NCBI GenBank assembly: GCA_036172245.1
Contig: JAYWIR010000001.1
Span: forward strand, 372,001 to 436,000
DNA length: 64,000 nucleotides
Direction: 5' to 3'
From: Raillietiella orientalis
Lineage: Eukaryota
Each line of letters begins with the position of its first letter. The stretch's first letter is position 1. Under the pieces are notes generated by a model. It ran no database searches. It saw only the letters and a program-made list of their open reading frames with translations, and was not told where the DNA came from. Below, in pieces: positions 47,801 to 62,800 of the stretch. The translations under genes were made by a program, and so were the position numbers.

Positions 47801-50800
47801 AGCTCTTAACGTAAATTTAGTTCTTAAGTAGGGGTCTTAAGTAACCTTCTGTATATATATATATAACTGTTCCTTTAGTGTTATATATATACAACTGTTC
47901 CTCTTTCCTTTTTTTAAACTCCAAGGAACTCTTGAACCACTCTGGAGTTTCGTTTGACACACCCTGCTCTTCGGTTTTTCTGACGGAATTTTTTCTGCGC
48001 TTTCCCAACTGCAACTTTGGTAGAAGACATGTGAACTTCTAGGCGCACATCCTTGGCCAAACGAGCTGAGCACGTGTTACGCTTTCTGATTCTGCCACCG
48101 AAAATTTCGAGATATCTGCGTTTTGCCACAGTCTTCAACGAGGTCCTTTGCCCCCCTTTCAGTGACCGAGCGTTCAAGGAGATGTCCCATTAGCAAAGGA
48201 AGGCATTGCCGAAATTGCAGCAGTGGCTTTCACACTAACGGTGCAAGGGGTCTGCAGTCCTTTGCAGCATCCCTAATCCCGGAAGAATTCACGTCAGAAT
48301 TCGCTTGGCACAAAGTGGACGAGTCGGCCACGCGTCTCACGGGAGGAGCAGTTGGACGCCGAAGACCGGGAAAAGTTACTTAAAACGCGGAATCCGCGTT
48401 CGACTCCACAGATGACAGATGGAAAGATCAGACAGAAGCACGGCGACCGCTCGTTTGTTACTTCTGACGGGATCCAAACCTAGAGGCTTCTTTTCGGAAC
48501 GTGGTGTTCATCCTCAGGAGTGAGAGGGTGCAGTTGGAAATCTTCCAGCTGATTCCTAATGCCCAGTTGCATTATCGCAACAACAAGAAGCTATTCGGGA
48601 TCCCTATCGAAATCATGAATCATGAGTCCGGATAAAGCAACTGAGCTGCGCCTCATCTGAAGGGCTGCCAGTTCTCCATTCCCCTCGATCGAAATTTCAT
48701 ACTGCACTTCTCCGAACAGCCGCCCGAAGAAATGCAACGGACTGTGATCAGTTTCTACTTGAAAGAGCAACACTGCAGTCGTTCCTATCCGAAACAAATT
48801 CTCCTTCGAGTCAGCCTCAAAGCGCTGGTACTGTTCGTCTTGCCCTGCGGGTCCCGCCTTCCCAGGTCTCCTTCCCAGCTGGTTACCACGGAAACCTGCG
48901 ATCCATATCAAGGCCCCTCAGTATGCGGCCGCCACTGATCATGCACGAAATAGGGAACCAATCTGCATGGAGGCTGCTCACGGAAACTGCTTCTGAGGGG
49001 CGGCCATGTTTTTTTCTTAACATTAACATTTTCTAATCATGGATTCCCGAACACTCCTTCCTTTGTTGAGGAAACCATTGTGTTCCAAGTTTTATTATTT
49101 CCCGTTTTTCAGGCAGGTTAGTCTGATGGAATCTTTCGACTGGAATAAGCGGGAAAGAGCCGCGAATCTTGGATCCGTATGCACGGCTCTGGCGCTCGGG
49201 ATCTCTGCAGCTTTTGCCAAAGAAGGACAAAACCCATGCAGGAATTTGTATGAAGTTGGAGGCGGAAGTGTGGAGGGGATCCACCGCGTGAAGGTCGTTC
49301 AGCGAAACCGAGACTTACGGGGACTCTGCTTGCGAATAACAACTCCGATCCGTTCGGATTTAAGTAGGAAATCAGGGACGCTATGGGGGGTTCCCGAAAT
49401 AACACGAGTAAAGCTCCCCTTCCCCCTTCCCTGCCCTCCCTTCGCCTGTGCAGCAATTATTTCAAAGAATTTTGTGTTTGCGGAAGCAATGCGCGCTAGT
49501 GGAGTCCACGGGAAACGGAAGACGCTCGGTTCTTCCTGCGGGTGGAAACGCAGGACTCCGCGTCGCATGGGTGTCGGGCAGGAAGAGTAGGCGGCCGCCG
49601 ACGCCGAAGTGTTTTGAGGTTCGCAAGAACTTTCGGGAATCTTCCAGGAGCAAACTTCCAAGTGGTCCCAATGCCAAAAGCAAAGCGACGTCAGAGTTCT
49701 TTTGTCTGCGTTCGCGTTGCCACTAAACGCGCACTAAACGCAACGATGCGCTGCTGGCCTTTGTCCAGCGTGCATGTTAAGCTGACTACCGGAAGATCTC
49801 GCATACTACCCTACGGTTTCTTCCTTCTTCTTTTGCGGAGAGTTCCCGAATCTTTCCTGAACCACTGCTTGAAAAATAAAGCGAGGGAAGATGAATCATT
49901 TCCACGTCTTTAGTAGCACTGGTATCGTTTTAGAAGGAAAGAAGTCGGCGGGAAATCTTTTTCCGTTCGTCAACGGCCACCAAAATAGACGACGGCGACC
50001 ACGGGACCGTGAGACGGAAGTCGGTTCCCGCCACGCAGGAAGTTCATTTTCTTCAGCGGTCGCAGCTTGACCGGAAGGCGAATTTGGTTGCTGGTCACAT
50101 TTCCAATATTTTTTTTTCCAACTCTGTTAGCATTAATTAGATTTAGACCGAAGAAAAACTATGGAACAGGAAGTAATCGGATAACACATGAGCCCGGGAG
50201 GCTCAAAATGGTTGAACCTTGCTGTGATGCGATCTGTGATTGCGTAGAGAAACCAAAATCCACATAAGGTATGCAGATACTAGCAGATAAAGAAAATTTT
50301 TGTCGCCCTCTTTTGTCAAAGGCATTTATAATCGGAAATGGGAACCTGGCAGTTTCAATCGCCCAAACAGGAGGAATGTTTCCAGGAATCGCCAGTGACC
50401 GAACGCACGTTTCAGCTGTCTGTTCCCTCATGACTGCAACCAGGGTTGCCAATTTAGAGGTTTTCCCGCCTGAAACCTATCTAGCGGCTAAAAAATGCCG
50501 AGCGGGAATTCTGGCGGTTTTTTTCATAATCGCTGGGGCCGCCGAAGTTTACGGTTTCTTTTCGTGGTTGCAAAGAAAATTTTCAATGATGGATGTTGGA
50601 GGAAGTCTTAAATAGAATTCCGGATCTTTTATCCGCCCCTGTTTCCGTCTTTGCGGGTGTGGGGGTCACATGAATAAGTTTTTGCATAGTTGATAAAGAT
50701 TGTCGAAGAATACGACTGCCTAATTATTACAACATTTCGACATTTAAATTGTGGAAAGGAGGTAATAAGAGAGGCAGTGCATTGCTCTCCTTACAATCTT

Positions 50801-53800
50801 TAATATATATATTATATATAAACAAGATGATTACATTAATACAATGAATGTCACTGCTCCAATCGTATTCCTATCTATTAACGGATATGTACGTTAATAA
50901 ACAGGAATAGCTATACATAATTAAATAAATTTGCATATTAATCCATGTGGTATTTACTTCTTACGGTCTTAAACACACATATATCAACAATGTAACCAAC
51001 AACTTATACATTATGTTAATACAATGTATACCACCGAACCTTATTAAATACATGTTTCGATAATATGCTGCTAATATACAGGAAACGCTATGCATAACAA
51101 AAGAAAACTTGCATGCCAATAAGCAAGCGCGTATGCTTTTACATGACCTCCGTGATGTACATGGATCCGTATATTAATCTTTAAGGGAATGCTTACGTGA
51201 AGAGTACGCTTATTTTTCGTGATCGTTCGGGGTTTCGAACCCGACCGCGAAAATCACAGCTTCAGAGAGGGAACGTTCTTAAAAGACGCGAACCCGTTGC
51301 TCGGAGCAACCGATTTTCCTTCTCTTTCGATCTGCTTCCGAAAGCCGCCCCCGTCGAAGGTCGGCAACCGGGTGCAATAATTTTCTGTGACTCACAGGAT
51401 CCGTAGCCAGCAACGAACAGGTCATCGTAGGTCGGATTCCAGCAAAGTCCTGTCACGTGCTGCTGAGAGATGCCCTCGGTAGAGAAGCACCAGAGAGGGA
51501 GCAGAGTTCCCGACAGCTCCTTAAATTCGTCGCTGGCGTCTTCCCAGTAGCGGAAGTCTTGGGCGATCTGGTCATGCACATTCTGGTTGACCATCCGCTC
51601 GAGGACGTGGACCGCCCTGGACATGTTGAGCTGGACCGCTTCCCCGGGCGACCTCTTCCGCGTCTCGTAAGCCGACCTCTGCAACGGTCCGGCGGCTTCC
51701 TTCCTGACCCCAGCTGGCTTCGAGAACATCTTCTCCTTCTCTCTCTGAGACCTTTCGAAATCTTCCTCGTAGGCGTCGTATATCTGCCATTGGTTGGCCT
51801 GGTCAGAGAACGCGCTCTTAAGAGGAGGTTCTGTCTGGATGGACTTGTCCTTCGAGAGAGGATGTAGACAGGGTGGGCGTTAACACTAACTAGGTTGTAC
51901 CCTGTTCGGATTGTTCAGCGTCTGGGACGCTCTTTCGTAAAAGTTGAACTTGTTTGGAAGCTTCCTGGGCGGAACCTTGGGCTCTGCACTCGGCTCCTCG
52001 GCTTCCGCTTCCAGGGCTTCCAGGTCGTTGAATTCGCTGGCATCGGCGATCTTGGCAGCAAACTCCGCCTGGTCCTCGGCTTCCAAAATGGCTTCGGACG
52101 ACCCAGCTTCGGATGGCTCTGGAATGTAACCGACAGCGTTGCAAAAACACTGACCCGCTTGTTCGACCTCGCAGCGAGCGGGAGGTGCTCGCGCCGCCAC
52201 TCGCTCGCTCTCGGCAGACGCAGCGTCCGCCCGGAACAAGCCGGCACGTTGGAGTGGGTGAGGTCGCATGATCCTTTGGCGGACAGAAAATTTGCCCCGC
52301 ATTCCCGTCGGACTCTCGACTTGGTCTGCCATTTTGGATTCCCTCAAATTGTGGTGGCGGAGCCCACTCCCCACTTTTGTCACGAACACGGGGGATGTTT
52401 ACCAGTGGGAACTTGCGGAGCAGACCATGGATAGCATCGGACGAGGCGCGAAAGAATCCGTGGGAACACAGCGGGATTCGTTTGAGCCACCGAGTTCGGC
52501 AGGAGAATTCGGGAGGATTCGTTTGAACGCGGCACGTCCCGGGACCTCTTCTTCGCGCTTTACTCAGCGGAGCGCGTTCGAAAACATCCACGCTCAGAGA
52601 CAAAAAGATCTGATTCTCCCGTGCGGGAAAGCAGAAAGCACGCTGTGCTCGAATGGCAAGCTGGAATTAATAGATCAGGTTCACTAGAATGTCCAAGGCA
52701 CGCTACGTCGCAACAGGGAGGGAAAGCGTCAGTGCTTTTTCTTGCTGCTGCACTCATATTGCCGTTTCCCCTCTCCACTTCCTTCTCGTCTCCAATGGCA
52801 TCCGCAACTGCGAATCTAAAATGGGAACACACTGTGGACAGGAAAGCGAAGCCGAGGGGGTGGGAGAAACTTGACTTCGGCTGCCAAAGAGAGACGTCCT
52901 GCCCGCACCTTCGACTGCACCTTCTTCTTCCTTCCTGCCGGAGGATGTTTCTATGGGAGACCGAATCTCGAGCTCACCAAGCGTCGCGTAATGCGGCCGC
53001 TACGGGACCATCCGCATGCGTATTGCGTGCGTTGGCGTTACCGCAGCATGGCGCCGCATCAACTGAGCAATTCCAAGCGAAGGGTGGACGTGGGTAAGGG
53101 GAAGAAAGACGACGGTGGCGTCAACAAGGGACCCCGAGCGCGGAGCAGGACGACCAGCTCGGAGGGGAGAACGGTAAAGAGAGAGACAACATACTCCAGC
53201 ACCAGGCACGTCGCCATTCACAACCATTCGGGAAGAATTCCGAGTCTGCAAGGTGCCGCGGAGATGCCGCCATAAATTTTGCAAGGTCACGAGAATCAGC
53301 ACGATGGCAACCTAGTCCGCGGACTCTTCTCCCGCCGCGGGGTGACCACACAAAGCACATTCCTGGAGCGTCGCTGAGCCCTATCGTCTCCGTGGACGGC
53401 TTCCGGAAACGAAGCGGACCACCCTGAATTCCCGGTCCGTATTTTCAGGGTTGCAAGAAAAAAAGAACGAGGCTTCCCGCATTCGGCGGCGGCGAAACTG
53501 ATCCTGGAAACCCGGGAGCCGGAAGCAGTGAAGACATGAAGACTCTGCGCCGCCCTTTTTTCAAGGAATGCTTACAAACCGCCACCGACCACTTTTCGCA
53601 ACCAAAATTTGCACTTTTCCCACTCTCTCGTTGCATCTTCGGCAGTCAGGATTCTATTTTCATCACTTTGGTTTCTCTCTCTCCTACTCCTCCCCCACCT
53701 CTCTCTGTCTTCCCTTTTTTATTTCCTTTCATGTGTTTTCGACATTCATCGTCGATGATGGATTCCGCAATATGGGTCAACATTTAACCTAGTATAACGC

Positions 53801-56800
53801 TGTACCAATCCCAATCACGCCTTGCGACACGATTCATATACCGGACTAAATCATCACGAGAAACTTACATGATGTTTCAGAAAAAGGATGCAGTCGGGAA
53901 GGATCTTTCCTTTCGCTCAACAAGTGCTCAAGGACCGTCCGCCTCCTTAGGGAGGGCTCATGAAGCCCCTGAACACCGCCCACCCACGCCACTCAAAGGT
54001 GCGCGTAACCCTTCAAAATTAGGGGTAGCCACACGGGGACCATCCCACGAAATCCAGGAAGACTCCGAAGGAAGGAGTCCTTTCCTCTTATCCTTGGGAG
54101 GGGGAATTCCTGAACGGAACCACCCGCCCTGGTTGTCTCCGGAGGGGACCCCGAAGGGAGCCTCTCCTTCGTTCTCTCCGGAGGGACACCACCCGGTTTG
54201 TGAGGGATCACTCCCCGTTTCCGTTTCGAAGGGAACTCAGAAAAGATTCTCTCCTGGAATTTCTTCCCCAGAAGGAACCCTGAAGGAAGCCAACCTTCGT
54301 TCCTTCTCTGAAGGGGACCCACAAGTGAGCAGTGAGCGCTTCTGACCCTCTGGAGAGACAGCCCCCCGAAGGGGGTATCAACCGGCTCCATTATACTATG
54401 ATGGAGGGTCCCCTTCTCTGAGGGCGGAACAGTCCCCTTTTCGCAACCAAAGGGGAAGGATGGGAAGAACCCCGGAGGGTCAACTTCCAATCCCTGTCAG
54501 TCACAGAGGAAATCCGGTCTCCGACTTTCACCAGTGACACACCCAAAGGCCAACCAGCGTCATCCTGCGGGGTAGAGCCTCGAAACCCGGGACGCACCCC
54601 TAGTTCTCGTCGTCGATGCTCCGCGTAGGGATCCAAACCCACAACGCTTGGCACAACGCAAGGGAGGCCGTACACACGCGATGTCTCCAGTACGGGATCC
54701 TAGGGGTCGCTCCGGTACACACATACATGGAGAACAGAAATTCTGGATCGACCAAACGTTGGAAAACATCTCCCTAGAAACGACATTTAAGAAGCAGGAT
54801 CTTGACAAGTAGGTGGAAATTAATGGGGGATTCGTGATCGGAAAAGATCTAAAAGCGTTCCCGTGCAGTTTGGGCACAAAAGGGTTGCCGCTCGTTCCTT
54901 CAGAATTTCGGCGAGCATCAGTGGGGAAATCTGCTCAGCAGTCAGAACAGGCAGCATACAGGAAGGAAAAAGGAAGAAGGAATTGAAGTGCAAGCATGTT
55001 TCCAGAATCAGCGAGGCGGTGCATAGTTTGGATTCCCCGAGGTCATCTTGCAACTTCAATGAGGCCGAAGAAGCGCGTGTGCAACGAGCGACTTCCATCG
55101 CTGAGAGCAGCTCCTTGACACAGTGAGCCCGCCCCGGCGAAGACTTCGACGATGCGACTTCAGTAGTTCTGAGAAAAATCCCCACGTCGGGAAACGGGCT
55201 TTGGGCTCGCCAAGACTCCCGAATCTGCGTTCCGATCTCGAGATTTTTCGCGATGGGATGAAGATCCGCAGATGGATGCGGTACGCTCCGTCGCAGGGGG
55301 TTCCGGTGATTCCGCTCGGTGGCAGACCACGAGGTTTCGATCCGAAAGAATATTCGCAGGCAGTCGAAACACGGGAATTTTTTTTGCTTTTTCTTTTCGT
55401 TTTTTCCTCTCCGGTGAAATGCCAGAAGCGAAGAAGCGGCCCCTATCTACGGCACGCTCAGTCACGGGCACCGAACACGATGCTTTCGAGAATGAGGAAG
55501 ATTCTCCAAGACTCTAAACGCTAGACGTCATTCCGTCGAAGAAGCATTCCAAGGCTCTAGGCGATTCGTGTCGGGAGAACCCAGCGCTCACCAGAACGAG
55601 TTACGCTGTCGATGAACCTTTTGTCTTTCTGGAAGCAGAGGTAGAGGGCGCAAAGCAAAAGTGGACCTTTCATTCCCGGAGCACCTGGCAGCGTACCACT
55701 GGTGACCGTGAAGCCACCACGACCGCCGTCTTTCTCACGAAATGCGCTCCGAAACAAACAGAGGTTTTTCGCGCTTGCGGTTCGGGAGCGGAAAATCCCA
55801 CTGGAGCAATCTCGTCGTACCTGCCGCGTACGTATCTGACTTGACGCTTTCGGGTACTTCCTCCTCTTTCAGGAGCTGCTGCTGCCCTTCTTCGCTGTCT
55901 TTGTGGAAGATTGAAGCTTCTTGGAAGTACAACACGACGGTTTGGTCGATGTACTGCAGAGGCCGGAAGCTCTTCTCGTGGTAGTTGAACACCACAATGT
56001 TTTCTGGTGCGTTCGGATTCTTGCAAGTCAAGATGCGTGTGATTTCTTCCTTTAGTTTCTGAAATTCACCACAGGTTAGACGGGAAGCATCCCTTCCATC
56101 ACGAGGAATCAGGTGGAACACAAAAGAGGAAATGAACTGGCACGGTACGGTAGGGTGGAACCGAAACGCTGGCACGGTGTCCAGTAAAGCTGCAAGGAAA
56201 AGGTAGGTGCTTGAGGAACGCATGATTTCCAGAAACAACCTAGGGACTTCGATGCTTCTCAAGGACCGGAATGTGTTCTTTTGAAACCGGCAAAGAATTT
56301 TGGGTTTCCTCGGTCCATCGCGGAACCTCCAATGATTCACTGTCGGTTGATTACGAATGTCGGCACCGTCCCTGAGGCACAGCAATGCTGGGCTGCTCCT
56401 CTCACGTCCATTACGGATTTTCATGCGTTGCGGACAGAACGCGCACGCTTAAATGCCGCGAGGACGACTCTTTCGAAATAAAATCAATCAAAGCAATTCT
56501 CTCCATTGCTTGGCGACAACGACGTGTTCAGGACTCGTCCGTCCCTAGAGATCCCGCATGCCAGGACGCTATCACGGGTGTCGGAGCTCGTTCCCCTTTT
56601 GCGACACGCCACGTTTCTGGAGGGCGCTTGCGCTTCTGCGAAGCCGCCGAACTCGACCTGGATTGAACGCAGTCGGAGAGTGGACCACTCACTTGGTGGT
56701 GCTGGATGGCAGAGTTGACCTCAAGGTGCACGACCATCCAGACGCACCGGGTTACGAAGCGGAATCGCCTAAAACCACCCCACTACACTACCATCATGGC

Positions 56801-59800
56801 GTAATTTTGGTTGGATGCGCGTTCCAATTGCATGCTTCTGGCAGCGACGGCTAAACACACTTTTTTTTAGGATGCTCTTCGGTGGGCATTAGCTGCACCC
56901 TGAGGATTACAGGATGGCACTTCTATTGAACCACAGAAACCTTTGTAGCATTCTAGGGATTTTCGCTGGGAAGAACAGGAGACGCAAACATGACAGAGAT
57001 CGCGTTCGCAGCTTCCGGTCCACGTCGACGATGCGTGGCTCTGGTTCTCACAGATGTCCTTGACACCCATTCGATCGCTGTCGGGTCAACACGCTCCTTC
57101 ATGGATGATTCGTAGATAATCATTGCAGCTCCAGGAAAAATCGACACTCCACCTCGTAATGCACAACCCTGTAGCATTTTGGAGAGCTGAGAAGATCGCA
57201 ACATCCTACTGCTTCACCTCTAAGCTGAGTCTCGTTCCGGCATACTTTCCTCAGGAACACGAATGAATTTCCCGACCCTCGCTCAATTCCTGCTTTTTCT
57301 GGCCTTGAAAGGACTTGAAGCATGGACGGACCTCTGTTTTGCTTTGCTTCATTCTTTAGGGTCAGCTTGTGAGACCATCCTTTAAGATCTTGCCAACGAG
57401 TTTACCCATTGATTTTTCGTGATGATGGTTTTGAAACTTTGTTTATGCAATCAGATTATTCAAAATGTGTGTGCATGAAAAAAGTAAACACTGAATGATA
57501 TAATGATCTTGTAGAGTTTTAGAAAACGAGCAGCATATTGGTAAATTATTTAATTTTTCGATCAGGAAGAAAGTGACACTGATCAAAGGTGACAGCACTT
57601 GTCTGTATTTCTAGAAATCGACCCTTCTTCACAGCTTCCTCACCATTTGATTTAACTCCCTTTCTTCATTCGTCACGTGATCTTCGTGCAAGGAAGGAAG
57701 GAAAAACCTAGTAATCAATTGGGATAAACTAATGATAATGGTATTTTAATTTATCTGACAGCTGTTGGGAAATGGCGCAATGATATGATGTCTCTCAAAT
57801 GTAAATATCCTGAGTGGTTTGTCAGTGAAGAATGCTATTAGAAATTTGAAAAAGGATCTTTAAAAGACCACACTATCCCAATCCACTTACTATGTAACAC
57901 TCCACAGTTTCTTCAGCAATGTAAGAATCCCCATCGAAAAGCAAGAAAACCTAAAACCCACGAAATGAAACAAATCTCAACGATGGAACTCTGCAACAGC
58001 CATCAACCAATGTCAAACACTTGAGGACTTTTAACAGTTGACAAGACTGAAGCAACCTTCATGCCCTCCAGCTCGGAATTCTGAGTGACACAACACTGAC
58101 TTCTGCACTTTCAGCTACTTTAACATTATGGTTCGGTTAATCTCACGCAGCTTTTCTCTTTGTAAAAAACCAATCTTCTGTAACAGCAGCAGCAACTAGA
58201 ATGCAACCGTCCATCGCCAACCATCTAGTGCTTCTCGAATATTGCAGACCGTTTGGTCAGATACTCACCACAGACAAGAAATTCACCAGGCAGTTCCGAG
58301 TACCGCATTCGTAATGTTCACACAGTAACATTTCCAAGATGTGTTCGCATAAACCGCTGCCTTTTCTGGCTGTTGCCAACTACTCAAGAAGTAGACTGAA
58401 GACATTTCTTCCGAACTATGTGAATCAGTTCCAAGCTAGTCTCCATTGCAAAAGGCTTTCCTCGATCCAGGATTGTCTTCATAGCATACCGACACAGCCA
58501 TCTGCATTAAAGTCTCTACACACCGTGATCCTTAGTCCTGAAACTTTTTCAAAGGTTGCGAGAGCTTTGGCACCACTCTGCGGTGTTTCGATCCGATCAG
58601 CAAACGACCGAAGTCACTCCTGCAAACAAGCAAAGGGGACCAATTCCGCCTCCCCTTCTAGATGTTCCATTATAGTCCAGCATACGACCCATTTCTTCAC
58701 GAATGGCTTGAGATCCCTAACTGGTACGTGCGTTGAGGAAGTCAAGCAGTAAGGATGTTCTTTATTTGCGGATAAAGAGCATCGCTCGTCATCACCATCG
58801 ATACTCTCTGCAAGCTGCTAAGTATCTGCTCTTCACCGTCTTCCTGTGATTCGATTTTCCCCAAAGAGTGCCTTGCTCCCTTCGTCATGCAGTCTCCCAC
58901 CAGTGAGGTCGTCTGGCAGAGCTGCAGCCGGCTTATGAGGGATTCTCAGGCCTATCCCAATGCTTCCTTTCGATCGTTCCACGGAGCATGCATGTCATCT
59001 CTCGAGCAGATCAAACAGCGGATGCAACACACACTGACATGTTTCATCGGATCTCGCTAATTTGCGCGCTCTGACTAGGTCTTTGGCACTGCCTCCCTGC
59101 TATTCATGGGTGTCACCTTCATCTTTTTAGCTTGCGAGGCCCTCTGTTTGCGTGGTCAGCGTGATGGGACGAGAGCTTCTGTCGAAACCATGGACTCAAC
59201 ATGTTCCAAAGTTCTCCAGAAAACAATCTTGGAAACCCATGCACAAATGGATGTGCTATGAGTAACTGTCCGAGTTTCCGTCTGTCCGTGCCTCAGAGCT
59301 GCATTTTCCATGTTCTCAGTGTCACCATCGGACGACTTCTCTGTAGCAGACGGCTGGCCTCCCTTGTTCTACATGCTGCTGGTGGGCATCCGTTCCGTAT
59401 CTGTGCGAGACTCACCCGCGCCAGGTAGGCTCCGCTGGTTCGACGCTTCGACACCAGAAGGCGAGACAGCGAAGAGTCACGCGTTTGGTGGACAACTTTT
59501 CTGTTTCCGCCTTTCATTTCCGGGTTGAACCTCTAACCTGATGAATTACATCGTCCCGTGGACAGTGTGCACCCGTTCATTTCCTAGATTGAAATGTACA
59601 ATGCTGGGAGCAAGCAGGTTTCCACCGATCTCAAGTACTGTCTTGACTCTTGGAACAGTGCTTGACGATGGGCACCCTAGGTGCTAGTTGCTGTCCTTGT
59701 TAGCCATCGTTACCATACGAAATGAAAGTAAGTTATGCCAATTTGTCTGAGCTCTACATTTCATATGTTGTAGATCTATAGACTTCAAGTTATGTCGTTA

Positions 59801-62800
59801 GCAGTACTGACAGTTTAAGCAGTTTTAACTTTATTGGTGTTTTCTTGGGTTTTCTTTTTCCTTTTTTCTTCGATTTATTTCTCTTTCGTTTTCTGTTTTC
59901 TAGCAAATCCTGATTTCGTGCGCGTGTGCTATTGTATAAATCCGTTACGGATCTGCAAGAGCAATCCTTTAGGCCACAGCTTCGGGGGAAGGAACGCGGA
60001 TCGCTCACCAGCACCTCCCTAACGAGAATCATCCACTTTGGATCGAATCTTTATTGCATAAAGATCCGACATGTGATCCTACTTGAATTGACCGATTCAT
60101 TCAGAGAGATCAGACGTACGCCGCGAATGATTTAGGGGAAGTTTATTGATCTTTTTTTCCTTTTCGATTCTTTAAAATAGAGACAAGCGCTTAGTTTCAT
60201 CCAAATTTGCCATACAAAGTCACATACGCAATCTTTGAAGCACGAAATTACAGTGGTGATATGCTACAAAGGCTGTACTAGAAAAAGAGCCGTTATAGAT
60301 ATCTAATGACGTGTAAATACATTTGTCGTTCACGCGTCCAACTTAATTGAAAGTCGTTCAAGTTGCGAACACAGTATCGCGTTACATGGAGATGCAAGAA
60401 TCGTCCAGTCAAAATCGAACAAAAATAAAAGGATCTTCGAAAATGTGAATATCCTGAAGCAGATGGGTGGACGTGAAGAAAAGAAATTCAGGAACCGTTT
60501 GAAACCGGAAACACCTAAATGGAATGAATGCATCACCTCTTCTGTTAGTCTCTCCTGGCCGGTTTCCTTGGCGACGTGCTTGGAAAACTTCCTGGCATAT
60601 TTTGCACCATCCTCATCTGATTCGATCCCTCTGATTTTCTTGAGAGTCTGAGGGGAAGAAACAAGCCGGGTATTCGATTAACATTCAAGGTGCATGAAAC
60701 AAACACAGTCACAACAAAAAACGTTCCTTTAGAGTCTTGGACGGGACTTCCTTCTGGAGAGATGAAACGGTTTTCGTCTTTCCAGTTCGCGAAAGAGGAA
60801 CCGCAAAAGGGCTTCTTCGTATAATAAAAAAAAAAAAAAAAGGCAAAATTCCAAGAACTTGCAGGAAGGTCTCATGTGGTTGGAATAAGCAAAAATAATG
60901 GAAGGTTGTTGGGGAATCATCTACAGAAAGTGTCCTGCTGTCACACCGGAATTTCCCATTCCACAGCAGAACACCATAGCACGAGCACGAATCGAACGTA
61001 ACCGACATCACGATTTGTTCTTCTTCTATCGACTTCCTTCTTTGGGAAGGCAGGGATGGAAAGTCACAATTCCCTCTATTCATTGTGAATGCCAGTTCTT
61101 CTGGATTGACACGAACCTTATTATAGCGACCTAAACCGGTCAGTGTGTTTTGCTTTTTTGCTGTAATATAGAATAAGTGGATCAACGCTAAGAAAAAAGA
61201 TTGGATAGCTTCATAAAAAAAATCGAAAAAAAGAACTTGATTTCATTTGAGTTGTAAGAACACGTTCTTTGACTTTGCCCGTCCTCGTGATCTTTAAGGC
61301 CAGCTGTTCCTGCACTCGAACAAAAACAACGGTGTTTTTCAAATCGGACGGTTTCCGATTACACACGGCCGATGAGGCGAGAATTTTTTTTTATGAGAAA
61401 AAAAAACACGGACCAAAGTTGTTCTATGAAGCATCACTCTGGACCAGAGGCGAAGTTCAGCTAAGGTTTCCGCTTGAATTTCCGACATTGTTTCACCCTT
61501 TCTATGGTTCGCCAAGTGCTGAAGGACCGTTCGCCTCAGGGAGGCTCACGAAACTCTTGAAGCACCGTCCACACGACCCGGGGGTACGCGTAACCTCTCA
61601 AGTTTGGGGGTAACCCCATAGGGATCACTCTATGGATCCAGGGAGGCTTCCGAGGAAGAAGCCTTCGTATCCGGAGTCCGTTCCTCTGACGCTTGGGAGG
61701 GAATCCCAAAGGGAACCCTCGTCCTGGTTGTCCCCGGAGGGAACCCCCAAGGGAACCTCTTCCTTGTTCCTTCCAGAAAGACCCCCGGAGGGGTAAGAAG
61801 CTCCTGGAATTTCTTCTTCGGGGGGAACCTGCAGGGGAAATGCTTCTTCTTTCTTCCTCTGAAGAGAATTCCCAAGCGCTGCTTCCTAATTTCTCTGAAG
61901 GGCACGTTCCGAAGGGAGCAGCGCGCTTCTTAACACACTGGAGATGCAACCCTCCGAGGAGTGTGTCAACCAGCTCCATGGAACGGCTCCCTTTTCGCAG
62001 CCGGAGGGGAACTTCGAAGAGAACCAACTGGCTTCTTGATTCCTGTAAGGACCCCGGAGGGTCGACTTCCAATCCCGGCCAGTCTTCGGGGGCACTCAAA
62101 GCCCGTGTTCCAACCAGAGTCATCCCGCGGGAAACATTCGAAACCCACGACTCAACCCGCGTTGTCAGCGTCGATCTTTCCCCGGGCGGGATTCGAACCC
62201 GCGATGCTCGATGCTGCGCGCGCGGGGAGGCCGCAGTCGTACGGCAGCCAACGCATACCACGTGGCTACGATTTGACCGTTTCCGTGATATTCATTGATG
62301 TTCATGGTTGAAGAGATCAGAGTCCTTAAGCGGGAACATGGTTTGTGCAAAGTTGCATTTGTATCACAGACGTTATCGGCTGGAGCCGTAGGAGTTGCTG
62401 CTCCTGAGCAATGCTCCCTGTAAGAGTATCCGAAGGTACTGAAGACAGGCCAGCGGCTAGTGAGCTGCGTCGATCCTGCCCTCTCGAGCTGCCGTCGCCT
62501 GAAAGAGAATTTCGTTTTCTTTCAGGTGCCTCCTGCCTCGCCACCATCTGACGCACTGCTTGTTTTCTCTAGGGTTTCCGCACGAGATCCGGATGGTGTC
62601 GAATCCTGGAGGCCTTCGGATTTATTCTCCTGAACTTTTGCATCCCTTTTGCGGAATCGGGTCAAAGGTGGATTCGCCTTTAGATCGCACCATCCGCTCG
62701 AAAAAGCATCTCTTGCATACGGGGGATGCTTTTTCGTTTACGCAGAGGCAGTGTTAGGGGGCGCAAACGTGGGGACAAAGCTGCACGGGAACGCGGAAGA

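Noticed and set aside
50441-50600. CAGGGTTGCCA, a common MITE/hAT-like terminus
   Set aside because: No matching inverted partner or TSD identified.
52119-52389. Apparent DNAI1 start (MADQVESPTG) in the ORF at 51886-52389
   Set aside because: The conserved DNAI1 N-terminal block (LKEEITRILT) lies upstream at 56058-55821 and splices in phase to 52118, so this part is probably intronic; an alternative exon is not excluded.
62180-62275. tRNA gene
   Set aside because: Has A/B boxes but no convincing cloverleaf and is attached to a repeated 700-bp body, so it is treated as a SINE head.
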